Assembly: GCA_050916045.1 (NCBI GenBank)
Contig: CP051526.1
Coordinates: 2,144,001-2,208,000, forward strand
Reading direction: 5' to 3'
Origin: Tepidisphaera sp.
GTDB lineage: Bacteria; Planctomycetota; Phycisphaerae; Phycisphaerales; UBA1924
DNA length: 64,000 bases
Position numbers and translations under genes: made by a program. This document shows positions 28,170 through 37,175 of this stretch, piece after piece. The notes below the pieces were generated by a model, which was not told where the DNA came from, did not search any database, and saw nothing but the letters and a program-made list of their open reading frames with translations. The number at the start of each line of letters is the position of its first letter. Position 1 is the first letter of the stretch.

Positions 28170-28736
28170 ATGAGCTTAGCGAGCGACAAATCCAGCCTCC
28201 AGGCCCCCATCGGCCTCGCGGCGGCACTCAGCGGCTTGCGTGACCAGTCGGGCACCTCGCTCCAAACCCTGTCGGATGAACGCCCCACGCTCATCTGTCT
28301 GCTCAGGCACAACGGGTGCACGTTCTGCCGCGAGACCATCGCCCGCCTGGCGAAAGAGCAGGCGTCGATCGAGAGCCGGGGCTACCGCATCGCCGTCGTC
28401 GGCATGTCCCCCGATGCGTCCTCCCTCGCCCAGATCGGAGCATACTTCGGCCTCACCAGCGCGTCATGGTTCTCTGATCCCGACCGGATCCTCTACCGAG
28501 CCCTGAGCGTCGGTCGTGGCACATTCTGGCAGCTTCTGGGCCCCCGCGTGGTCGTTGCCGGCATCCTCGGCATCTTCCGCGGCTACGGCATCGGTAAGCC
28601 CGTCGGCGACACCTTCCAGATGCCCGGCACCGCCGTCATCCACAAGGGCCGCGTCATCCGCCAGCACATCCACACCCACGCGGGCGACCAGCCTGACTTC
28701 GCTCAGGTCGCATGCTCGATCAACGCGGCAAGGTGA
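28170..28736 (+). CDS. Peroxiredoxin-like (AhpC/TSA-2, PRXL2/SelL-like) redox protein
   Basis: LRHNGCTFCRE, SDPDRILYRAL and FQMPG motifs; ATG 28170 with GGAG RBS. Confidence 0.82.
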   Translation: MSLASDKSSLQAPIGLAAALSGLRDQSGTSLQTLSDERPTLICLLRHNGCTFCRETIARLAKEQASIESRGYRIAVVGMSPDASSLAQIGAYFGLTSASWFSDPDRILYRALSVGRGTFWQLLGPRVVVAGILGIFRGYGIGKPVGDTFQMPGTAVIHKGRVIRQHIHTHAGDQPDFAQVACSINAAR

Positions 28737-29043
28737 CCGCACGCGCGTGGCGGCTGCTGCCGCAAGAATCGCGGTGAGCGAGCGACCAATGACCAATCGA
28801 CCGATCCGGACGCCCCTTATGGTGTTCGCGTTTTGATCGGGCTTGGTCGCTGGTCGCCTCGCGCGATCGGGTCCCAATTGAAGTTGATGCCATCGCAGCG
28901 TGGCGGGCCAGAGGCCGTCGCGACCGCGCGCGATCGGAGCCTGAAAATTCCGCAAGGGGGTTGGCACAAGTTTCTCGTAATCAGTCTGCCGGCGAGAGGT
29001 CGGCGCTGCCGCCCGGTCGGGCGAGCGTTTACGAGGAGCACCC

Positions 29044-31764
29044 GTGTCAAAGAAACTTCACCCGTCGGCCTCTTCCGTCCGCCACCACACGTCCGGATTT
29101 GCGAAGCTGCGATCGCCCGCTGTTCTCGCCGGACTGGCCGGCTTGGCCTTCGCGTCCGCGGCTTTCGCCGGCCCCCTCACGACCTCCGTTACCTACCAAG
29201 GACAACTCCGGGCGTCGTCGGCGCTCGTCAACGGCACCTTCGACCTCCAGTTCAGGCTTTATGACGCCGCGTCCGGTGGGGTCCAGGTGGGTCCTGCGCT
29301 GTGCGCCGATAACGTGATGGTGACGGACGGTCAGTTCACGGTCGTCCTCGACTTCGGGGCGTTCGGCGCCGACGCGAGGCACCTGGAGGTCGATGTGAGG
29401 CCGGACTCGGGGCTCACATGCGGCGATCCGTCGGGGTGGCAGACGCTCTCGCCGAGGCAGTCGGTGACGGCGGCGCCGGTGGCGTCGTATGCAATGACTG
29501 CGGAAACGGCGACGAACGCGGCCACCGCCACGACCGCGGCCACGGCGACGAACGCCACCCAGCTCAACGGGCAGTCTTCAGCGTACTACACGAGCGCGGC
29601 GAACCTGACGGGCACACTTCCCTCCGCGGTGCTGGGTGGGACGTATGGAGGCACCCTTGACTTCGAGAACCCCGCGAACTCGTTCGCCGGCACTTTCATC
29701 GGGAACGGCGCGTCTCTGATCAACCTCAACGCGGATCAACTGACCAGCGGCACGATCCCGTCGGCTCGAGTTTCGGGCACATACTCGAACGCGTTAACGC
29801 TGAGCAACGCGTCCAATTCATTCACCGGGAACGGCGCGGGGCTCACGGCCCTCAACGCCTCGAACCTGGCGAGCGGCACGTTGCCTTCGGCTCGCTTCTC
29901 TGGCGCCTACACGAACCAGGTGACGTTCAGCAATCCCTTCAATGTCTACCTTGGCGACGGCACGAATCTTGTTTCGCTCAACGCGAGCAGCTTGAATTCC
30001 GGCACGGTCCCCAATGGTCGCCTCGGCGGCACGTATGGCGGCGTGTTGAACTTCACCAACGCGTCCAACGTCTACGCCGGTAACGGTGCAAGCCTGACGG
30101 CACTCAATGCGAGCAGCCTCTCGACCGGCACGCTCCCCGACGCACGCCTCTCAGGCACTTACACGAACTCGGTGACATTCAACAACGCGGCGAACGTCTT
30201 CGCCGGCAACGGTGCGGCCCTCACGGGATTGAGCGCCTCGAACCTGGGCAGCGGCACCCTTCCGTCTGCGGTCTTGTCGGGCACGTACTCCAACGCCCTG
30301 ACCTTCAGCAACGCGTCCAACGCCTTTACCGGGAGCGGCGCGGGGCTGACCGCGCTCAACGCGAGCAACCTCTCGACGGGCACGGTCGCCGACGCTCGCT
30401 TGGGCGCGAACGTCGCGATGAAAAGCGCCGCCAACGCGTTCGGGAACTTCACCAACTCCTTTGCGGGCTCGGTGGGGATCGGGCAGACGGCTCCGGGGTT
30501 CCCACTCAACTTCGCATCGTCAGTGGGCGACAAGATTTCTCTCTTCGGGAACACCGGGAACCACTATGGCTTTGGCATCCAAGCCAGCCTCCTCCAGATT
30601 CACTCCGACTCGGCGACTTCCGACATCGCGTTCGGCTACGGCACCAGCGCGGCCATGACCGAGACGATGCGTATCAGGGGCAACGGCCGCCTGGGCATCG
30701 GAACCAGCGCCCCCGCGACACCGCTGCATGTCTTCGGCATCGACGGCATCACCATCGGCAGCAGCGCCACCGGGCAGACCTCTGTCAGACTCAGCGCGAG
30801 CGCCGCCACCAACGGGTACGGCATCATCCAGTCTGTGAGTGCTCAGGGCACCGCCTGGGGCGACACCATCATCAGCCCCTCGGGCGGGCGCGTCGGCGTC
30901 GCCACCGCCGTCCTGTCTGACTCCTCGCTCCACGTCAGCGCGGGCACGCGGCTCTCGGGCATCACCGCTGAGAGTTCCCTCGCGGGCGGCGTGGCCATCA
31001 CCGGCACCTCGACCGCCGGAACCCTTGACTCCGTCGGCGGGCTGTTCGAGTCCAACAGCACAACCGGCACCGGACTCGTCGCTTCCTCGAACGCGGCAAC
31101 GGGCATCAACTACGGTCTGCGGGCGTACACCTCCAGCTCCTCCGCCAACGCCATCGCGATCCTCGGCGAGGCGACCGCCTCCGGGGCCAACTTCGGCGTC
31201 TACGGCACGGCGACCGGGGCGTCGGCGTTCGGCGTCTACGCCAACGGCCGCCTCGGTGCTTCGGGCACCAAGAGCTTCATGATCGACCACCCGCTCGATC
31301 CCGAGAACAAAGTTCTCTACCACTACAGCATCGAGAGTCCCGAAGTCCTCAACATGTACTCGGGCATCGTGACGCTCGATGGCGCGGGCGAAGCCTGGGT
31401 TGAGCTGCCGGACTACTTCGAATCCATCAACATCGACGCGAGGTACACCCTGACCGCGGTCGGCGGACCGGGCCCGATGCTTCACATCGCCGAGAAGGTG
31501 AGCGGGAACCGGTTCAAGATCGCGGGCGGGTCTCCGGCCCTGGAAGTGTCGTGGGAGGTCAAAGCCAAGCGCAACGACCGGTTCGTCGAGACCTACGGGG
31601 CCCCCGTGGAACGTGTGAAGGGCGAGGGTGAGCAGGGGACGTACCTGCGGCCCGAGTTGTACGGGCAGCCCGCCAGCCGCTCGCAGGTGAATCCCGCTCG
31701 CAAGCCTGCTTCGCGGCCGACCCCGGTTGTTCAGCCATCCGGTGGCGCTCCGGCGACCAAGTAA
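29044..31764 (+). CDS. Secreted tail-fibre-like repeat protein
   Basis: RBS GAGGAG; signal peptide; TYQGQL...DLQFRLYDA N-domain; 42-aa repeats; GIGT repeats; C-terminal FMIDHPLDPENK...ESPE domain. Confidence 0.8.
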   Translation: MSKKLHPSASSVRHHTSGFAKLRSPAVLAGLAGLAFASAAFAGPLTTSVTYQGQLRASSALVNGTFDLQFRLYDAASGGVQVGPALCADNVMVTDGQFTVVLDFGAFGADARHLEVDVRPDSGLTCGDPSGWQTLSPRQSVTAAPVASYAMTAETATNAATATTAATATNATQLNGQSSAYYTSAANLTGTLPSAVLGGTYGGTLDFENPANSFAGTFIGNGASLINLNADQLTSGTIPSARVSGTYSNALTLSNASNSFTGNGAGLTALNASNLASGTLPSARFSGAYTNQVTFSNPFNVYLGDGTNLVSLNASSLNSGTVPNGRLGGTYGGVLNFTNASNVYAGNGASLTALNASSLSTGTLPDARLSGTYTNSVTFNNAANVFAGNGAALTGLSASNLGSGTLPSAVLSGTYSNALTFSNASNAFTGSGAGLTALNASNLSTGTVADARLGANVAMKSAANAFGNFTNSFAGSVGIGQTAPGFPLNFASSVGDKISLFGNTGNHYGFGIQASLLQIHSDSATSDIAFGYGTSAAMTETMRIRGNGRLGIGTSAPATPLHVFGIDGITIGSSATGQTSVRLSASAATNGYGIIQSVSAQGTAWGDTIISPSGGRVGVATAVLSDSSLHVSAGTRLSGITAESSLAGGVAITGTSTAGTLDSVGGLFESNSTTGTGLVASSNAATGINYGLRAYTSSSSANAIAILGEATASGANFGVYGTATGASAFGVYANGRLGASGTKSFMIDHPLDPENKVLYHYSIESPEVLNMYSGIVTLDGAGEAWVELPDYFESINIDARYTLTAVGGPGPMLHIAEKVSGNRFKIAGGSPALEVSWEVKAKRNDRFVETYGAPVERVKGEGEQGTYLRPELYGQPASRSQVNPARKPASRPTPVVQPSGGAPATK
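29701..30405 (+). repeat. 126-bp (42-aa) coding tandem repeat, about 6 units
   Basis: Units begin at 29701, 29827, 29953, 30079, 30205 and 30331 (GNGAGLTALNASNL.SGTLP.ARLSGTY.N...F.N..N.F). Confidence 0.9.
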
Positions 31765-31798
31765 ATCACCAACCTCAGACCCCAAGGGAGCACCCCCC

Positions 31799-34700
31799 AT
31801 GAAGACCACCAGCCGCCGAATCTCTTCCGTTCACGCCGCGTTCGCGGCAGTGCTCGGCCTTGCCGTCGGAAGCGTCACTCTCGCGCAACCCCAGCCCGCG
31901 ACCCGCACGACGGGCGAGGCGGCAAGCGGCGTCGTCAAACGTGCCGGGAAGGTCCATGAGCCGGCGGAGAGCCTGAGCGCCCAGTTGCGTCGTGAAGCGG
32001 CCGATCGCCTCGCTTTCCGCGAGTTGATCGGTTGGGACGAGCTCTCCGACGACGCCCAGGAAGATCTGTGGGATGCGTTGGTCGGGCCCGACCAGCTCGA
32101 CGACGGACACGGCAAGGCGCAGATCCGGCCGAGCCTTCGAGAATCAGGCGAGTTTGATCCGCGCGGGGGAGACTTCGGCGATCGGGGTATCCCGCTGGTG
32201 ACCCTCTCGTGGCTCTATACGCCGAGTCTGGCTGGGACGGCTCGGCGTCGCGTGTACGACATGGTGCTGAACTACGAGGGTGATGTGGTGCTCGCGGGCG
32301 GGCTTGATGGTGCGGAGGGGTTCCGCGTCGTCGAGATCGACGGCACCGCCGACGCGACGCAGGGGTGGACGCAGAACTGGGCGCAGGAGTACGACCGCCC
32401 CAACACGACCACGCCGGGGTGGTACGCCGTCGCGACGGACCTCTTGGGCAACACCTACGCGGCGGGTTTCTCGGGTCGAGGGACGTACCCGTTCGAGAAG
32501 TACAACGGCGCGACCGGGAATTACAACACTCTGAGCGAGTTCAACTACAGCGCGAGCACGCAGACGACGGGCACCGCGGTCAGCGACATGGCGGTGGACC
32601 CCGAGGGAATGATCTATGTGTGCGGGAGTTCGCTGGACGCGTCGGGGCGGACGCGCTGGTTTGTCGCGCGGCACGACCCACGCAACGCCGGGTTTAGCCA
32701 GAACTGGATCACCTACATCCCCGCAGAGGGGAGGCCAGACGGCGGCATCAAGATCAATCGGTTCGGGGAGGTCTTCGTCGCCGGTTCGCTCGGCGTGCCG
32801 GGTTCCAACCTTGGCGACTTCGCGGTTGTCCGGCTCAACCCGATCGACGGGGTCGTCGAGTGGACCTTCACCGATCCGACGCCGGTGAACGACTCGGCGC
32901 TGGCGCTCGAACTCGACTTCGCCGGCAACCCGCACGTCACCGGCAGCAGCGGCGGCACGACCAGAACCTTGAAGATCGATCGCGTGACGGGAGCGCTGAC
33001 CTGGCGGTCCATCTACGCCACCGGCGGTTCGATGGACCTTAAGGTCGATGACGCGGGCAATGTCTATGTCGTCGGGCGGGAGCCGTCGCCCAGAACCATC
33101 CGCACGATCAAGTACAACGCCGCAGGCACGCAGTTGTGGACCAGCGGCTACGGCACCACAGGCACCGGCGACATTCGCGTCGCACTCGACTGGATCGGAA
33201 ACCCATACGTCACCAGCGTGTATGGTGGAAGCGTGCGGGGGATTGATACGCAGAAACTCAATCCGGCGACCGGCGCCATCGTGTGGCAGCAGGCGGTCAT
33301 CCCCAACTTCGATAACAACGAAGTGACCGACTCGGCGACCATCGCGGGCATCGTGGTCGACGCCGGCGGCAGTGTGTACGTCAGCGGCGACCGGTTCGGC
33401 GTCCGCTCCGGGCAGGCCGGCGGGCAGATGTACTGCATCCGCTACGAGCAGCCTTACGTCTCGATCCCGCAGATCGCCAGGTCGTACCCGGTTGTGAAGA
33501 TCGAGGGGAACAGCCTCTGGTCGCCCGCGAATCCTGATGGACCCGGGTTCGGATTCGCCAACCAGTCCTTCAACCTCTTCTCGTTCAATGTCGGAGCACT
33601 TCTGGGCAACCTGGACGCCAGCACGCAGGCGGAGATCGACTACGGGATCGGCACGGCGGGCGGCGGGCTTGACATCAACATCTCCAACACCATCTTCAGC
33701 GTCGCGTTCGAGACTGAAGCAACCGGCGGGTCGTACGACGCGACCGCGACCGGCGAACTCGCCATCGCGATCCCGGGTGAGGAAGAACTGAACGTCGGGC
33801 AGCCGTTCGACATCGTGATGAACTTCGACCCCGACGCGGCGGGCATGGAACTGATCACCAACGCCAGGCCCGCTCTCAAAGCCGGGCTTGTCGCAAGAGC
33901 CCGGGCGAACATGGATTTCAGCGTGTTCGGGCGGGATTCCGTGCTTGAGGCGTTCGGAGCGCCCAACCCGTTCTTTGATGTCGGGTTCGAGGGCCGCAAC
34001 ATCGACATGAACCAGACCATCATCGGTCTGGATGCGCTCCCGATCCCCCCGGGGGGAACGTGGCTGGATCTCGGCGTGGTCCCCGTCGTCGGCAACTATG
34101 TGGGCGGCCGGGTGCGCTTTCCCGACCTGGGCACCGAGGGGTACTTCACCGAGGCTTCCGCAGGCCCCACGCTCTCAAGCCGTCTTTCCGAGACGTTCTT
34201 TGAAGCGAACGTTTCGGTGACGAATCTGCTGTCGCAGATCGCGATCGGAGTGCCGCTTTCCGCCGGGTACGGCTCGCCCGCAGGCAACAACGACTTTGAT
34301 GCGAGCGTCGAGATCGGCATCCTGCAAGCGTATCTCGAGGGCAACATCAAGCTCGAGCAGGATCTTGACCTGGTCATGCGCCCCTACGTGGATTTGAACT
34401 TCGACGACGCTTCGGTCCCCGACACGCGCGTCTACCTCGAGAGAGTCGATGAGGGTGGCGGGCGGTTCAGCTACCAGGCGACCCACACGGTCGGCGCGCT
34501 TCCCGCCGAAGCCAATCTGCAGATCACGCCGACTTTCGGGATGCGGGCGTCCCTGCAGAACCGAACGGGGTTCCGGTTCGGCGCGTTCGCCGGGTTTGAT
34601 CCTCTCAGGATCTCCGCGGCACTCGAGATCGTCGGTGTTGACATCATCGATCTGGACTTCAAGCCAGGCTCGCTCCGCCAGGACTTGCTTGCGGCGATGA

Positions 34701-36316
34701 AGCCCAACGTGCAGAGTGCCCTCAACGGCGGGCGGGTCAACGTCCTCAACACCACCTCGCCCGAGTTTGATTTCCCCAACGAGGCCGAACTCCCGGCGAT
34801 CCAGGTTGCGGCGAGCTCGACCAACAACCTCCCCCAGCTCATCGGCAGCAGCCGGGCGAGCGCCCGCATGCTGATGTACGACCAGCGGACGCCCACGCTC
34901 GCGGAATTCAACGATATGGCGTCGGGCACCGAGCCCATGATCCTCTACGGGCGCAAGTTCTTCACCGGCGTCGGTGGCAACCGTGTCCGCATCCGCCACC
35001 ACGGGCGGACCGAGGCACTGGTGGCCACGCGCCTCAACGATCAGGCGCTCCTCGTGCAGATCCCCCGCCGGTTCTTCCTGCTTCCCGGCATTGCTCGAAT
35101 CTGGGTCTTCAACAACAACGGACGCTCAGAAACAATCGACCTCGCCATCGAGCACCCCATGCCGAACTTCCAGGGCATTCAGGAGACCATTTGGGCGGGC
35201 GACCCGAGGTGGCTCACCGACCCGGTCATCGCCGTCGACGGCGGGACGCCCGCGGGCAACGACTCGTTCATCACTCGCCGCGATTACTACACCTACCTCC
35301 GCACGAATCTCTGGAATCCCGCGATCATGGACGGGGCGAGCGACCCCAACATGTCCGCAACGGCGTATTTCCCCAGCTTCAGGCCGTGGGAAGTCTCCGG
35401 TCAGAACTGTCCTCCCGGCTTCCCCTCGCTTGTCGTCGATGGCGTGGCGCTCGAGCGTCAACGCCCGGTGATCAACGACGGGTACTTCCGCTCTCGCATG
35501 CAGCAGGGGCTCTACGCCTCACCGGGGTTTCTCACGATGCAGCTCGTCAACCCGGGCCCGGGCGGCGGCCCCAGCCGCACCCTCACCATCGAGGTGCCCG
35601 CGCCCAAGCCCGTCCTTCAGACGCTCAGTCCGTCCATCGTCCCCCCGGGCTCGGTGGCCGCGGGCGAAGAACTTCGCATCGTGGTAACGGGCCCGGAGAG
35701 CGTGCCCTACTTCGCCGGTTATGAGAGCCCCAAGTTCGGCAACTTCACTCCCGAGTCCGTGGTCCAACTCAACGGGACCAACCTCCGCACCGAGTTCGTG
35801 AGTTCCTCCCAGCTCGCCGCCTACATCCCCGCCGCGAGCCTCACCACCTACGGGGCGCGCCGCATCACCGTCTCCACCCCCTCCAACGGCACCGACTACA
35901 CCGAGCAGCTCCGCAGCGGTAGCGGAACCCTCTCGAGCCCGGTTCAAGTCGCCAGCGGCGGGGTTTCCGTTCCCCTCACGCTCAACATCACTTGGCCCCG
36001 CCCGACCATCACGGGCGTCAGCAACAGGACGATGACCGTCAATGAGCCCCCGCTCTTCCCCGAAACGGTCAACGGCCAGACCCCGCCCGACTCGCACAAC
36101 TTCACCATTCTCGGTTCCAACTTCGCCCCCGGAGCCAGGGTCTACTGGGACGGCATCCAGATCCCCGCGACCCGCGACAGCGCGGGCCTCATCCGCGCCA
36201 CCGTCGGTCCGGCACAGGTCGCTCGACTCGGCGCCGCCCGCCTTCAGGTCGGCAACCCAGCCTCCGGCGGCTCGGGCCGCCCATCCAACATCTACTCGGT
36301 CCAGATCGCCCCGTGA
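31799..36316 (+). CDS. Large secreted protein with beta-propeller repeats and C-terminal IPT/TIG-like domains
   Basis: Signal peptide; repeated 'VD..GNVYV.G' blades; C-terminal P.I..VS...TILGSNFAPGARVYWDG; ATG 31799 with AAGGGAG RBS. Confidence 0.8.
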   Translation: MKTTSRRISSVHAAFAAVLGLAVGSVTLAQPQPATRTTGEAASGVVKRAGKVHEPAESLSAQLRREAADRLAFRELIGWDELSDDAQEDLWDALVGPDQLDDGHGKAQIRPSLRESGEFDPRGGDFGDRGIPLVTLSWLYTPSLAGTARRRVYDMVLNYEGDVVLAGGLDGAEGFRVVEIDGTADATQGWTQNWAQEYDRPNTTTPGWYAVATDLLGNTYAAGFSGRGTYPFEKYNGATGNYNTLSEFNYSASTQTTGTAVSDMAVDPEGMIYVCGSSLDASGRTRWFVARHDPRNAGFSQNWITYIPAEGRPDGGIKINRFGEVFVAGSLGVPGSNLGDFAVVRLNPIDGVVEWTFTDPTPVNDSALALELDFAGNPHVTGSSGGTTRTLKIDRVTGALTWRSIYATGGSMDLKVDDAGNVYVVGREPSPRTIRTIKYNAAGTQLWTSGYGTTGTGDIRVALDWIGNPYVTSVYGGSVRGIDTQKLNPATGAIVWQQAVIPNFDNNEVTDSATIAGIVVDAGGSVYVSGDRFGVRSGQAGGQMYCIRYEQPYVSIPQIARSYPVVKIEGNSLWSPANPDGPGFGFANQSFNLFSFNVGALLGNLDASTQAEIDYGIGTAGGGLDINISNTIFSVAFETEATGGSYDATATGELAIAIPGEEELNVGQPFDIVMNFDPDAAGMELITNARPALKAGLVARARANMDFSVFGRDSVLEAFGAPNPFFDVGFEGRNIDMNQTIIGLDALPIPPGGTWLDLGVVPVVGNYVGGRVRFPDLGTEGYFTEASAGPTLSSRLSETFFEANVSVTNLLSQIAIGVPLSAGYGSPAGNNDFDASVEIGILQAYLEGNIKLEQDLDLVMRPYVDLNFDDASVPDTRVYLERVDEGGGRFSYQATHTVGALPAEANLQITPTFGMRASLQNRTGFRFGAFAGFDPLRISAALEIVGVDIIDLDFKPGSLRQDLLAAMKPNVQSALNGGRVNVLNTTSPEFDFPNEAELPAIQVAASSTNNLPQLIGSSRASARMLMYDQRTPTLAEFNDMASGTEPMILYGRKFFTGVGGNRVRIRHHGRTEALVATRLNDQALLVQIPRRFFLLPGIARIWVFNNNGRSETIDLAIEHPMPNFQGIQETIWAGDPRWLTDPVIAVDGGTPAGNDSFITRRDYYTYLRTNLWNPAIMDGASDPNMSATAYFPSFRPWEVSGQNCPPGFPSLVVDGVALERQRPVINDGYFRSRMQQGLYASPGFLTMQLVNPGPGGGPSRTLTIEVPAPKPVLQTLSPSIVPPGSVAAGEELRIVVTGPESVPYFAGYESPKFGNFTPESVVQLNGTNLRTEFVSSSQLAAYIPAASLTTYGARRITVSTPSNGTDYTEQLRSGSGTLSSPVQVASGGVSVPLTLNITWPRPTITGVSNRTMTVNEPPLFPETVNGQTPPDSHNFTILGSNFAPGARVYWDGIQIPATRDSAGLIRATVGPAQVARLGAARLQVGNPASGGSGRPSNIYSVQIAP

Positions 36317-36359
36317 ATTGCCCCTACCTGAGTCCATGACCCCAGCCCGACACCAAACC

Positions 36360-36385
36360 CGCCCGGGCGGCCTTCCGCCCGGGCG
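36360..36385 (+). terminator. GC-rich hairpin, possible terminator
   Basis: cgcccgggcgg-cctt-ccgcccgggcg followed by cttgtt. Confidence 0.55.
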
Positions 36386-36566
36386 CTTGTTGGAGGACGC
36401 CGTGAAGACCCTGTCCCAGGCCCCTCGGCCCGCCATCCAAGCCGCCCCCCGTGCCATTCCGAAATCAGGACAAACTGAGTATGCTGCCTCCCGGAGACGG
36501 AGGACCCCGGCGGCACGAGTACACCGCGCAGGCGAGGGAAGCCGTCCCTGTGCCCGGGAGGCGTCC

Positions 36567-37175
36567 GTGACGATCCAACCTGTTCCCACGGGAAGCAGAC
36601 CGACCGACCACGAGGTTCAGTCGTTGCTCTCCGCAGTCCGCGGCGGCGAGCAGACCGCCGGACTCCCCGCCTCGCCCGAGTTGCTCGAACAGGCCTACCA
36701 GGAACTTCGCGCCCTTGCGGGTTCCTACTTCAGGGCACAAAGACCCGACCACACCCTTCAACCCACCGCGCTCGTTCACGAGGCGTTCCTCAAGATCACA
36801 AGCGGCCGTCCCTCGACATGGGAAACCCAGGCCCATTTCGTCTCCGTGGCGGCGATGGCGATGCGACAAATCCTCATCGACCACTCGAGGGCGAGACTGG
36901 CCGACAAGCGAGGGGGCGGCGCGGCACGCGAGAGCCTCACCGATATCGCCGGCGGCGAACTGATCGTCATTGATCCGCTGGAGTTTGAGGACCGGCTTAC
37001 ACGCCTCGCCGAGGTGGACGAGAGGCAGGCCCGCGTCGTCGAGCTGCGGTTCTTCCTGGGCCTCAGCATCCCCGAGGCCGCTCGGGTACTCGGCGTGAGC
37101 GACAAAACCGTCGAGATGGACTGGCGGGTCGCCCGGGCCTGGCTCCGGCGCGAACTGGGAGGGACGCGTCCATGA
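36567..37175 (+). CDS. ECF sigma factor, kinase-associated planctomycete type (TIGR02999-like)
   Basis: HTLQPTALVHEAFL, AMRQILIDHSR...KRGGG and VVELRFF.GLS motifs; GTG start with GGAGG RBS. Confidence 0.92.
   Translation: MTIQPVPTGSRPTDHEVQSLLSAVRGGEQTAGLPASPELLEQAYQELRALAGSYFRAQRPDHTLQPTALVHEAFLKITSGRPSTWETQAHFVSVAAMAMRQILIDHSRARLADKRGGGAARESLTDIAGGELIVIDPLEFEDRLTRLAEVDERQARVVELRFFLGLSIPEAARVLGVSDKTVEMDWRVARAWLRRELGGTRP

Noticed and set aside
28961..28977. Sigma-54 promoter (TTGGCAC...) upstream of the fibre gene
   Set aside because: The -24 element is present but the -12 TTGC is absent at the required spacing.
29044..31764. Prophage tail gene
   Set aside because: It has a signal peptide and no phage structural, packaging or integrase genes are adjacent.
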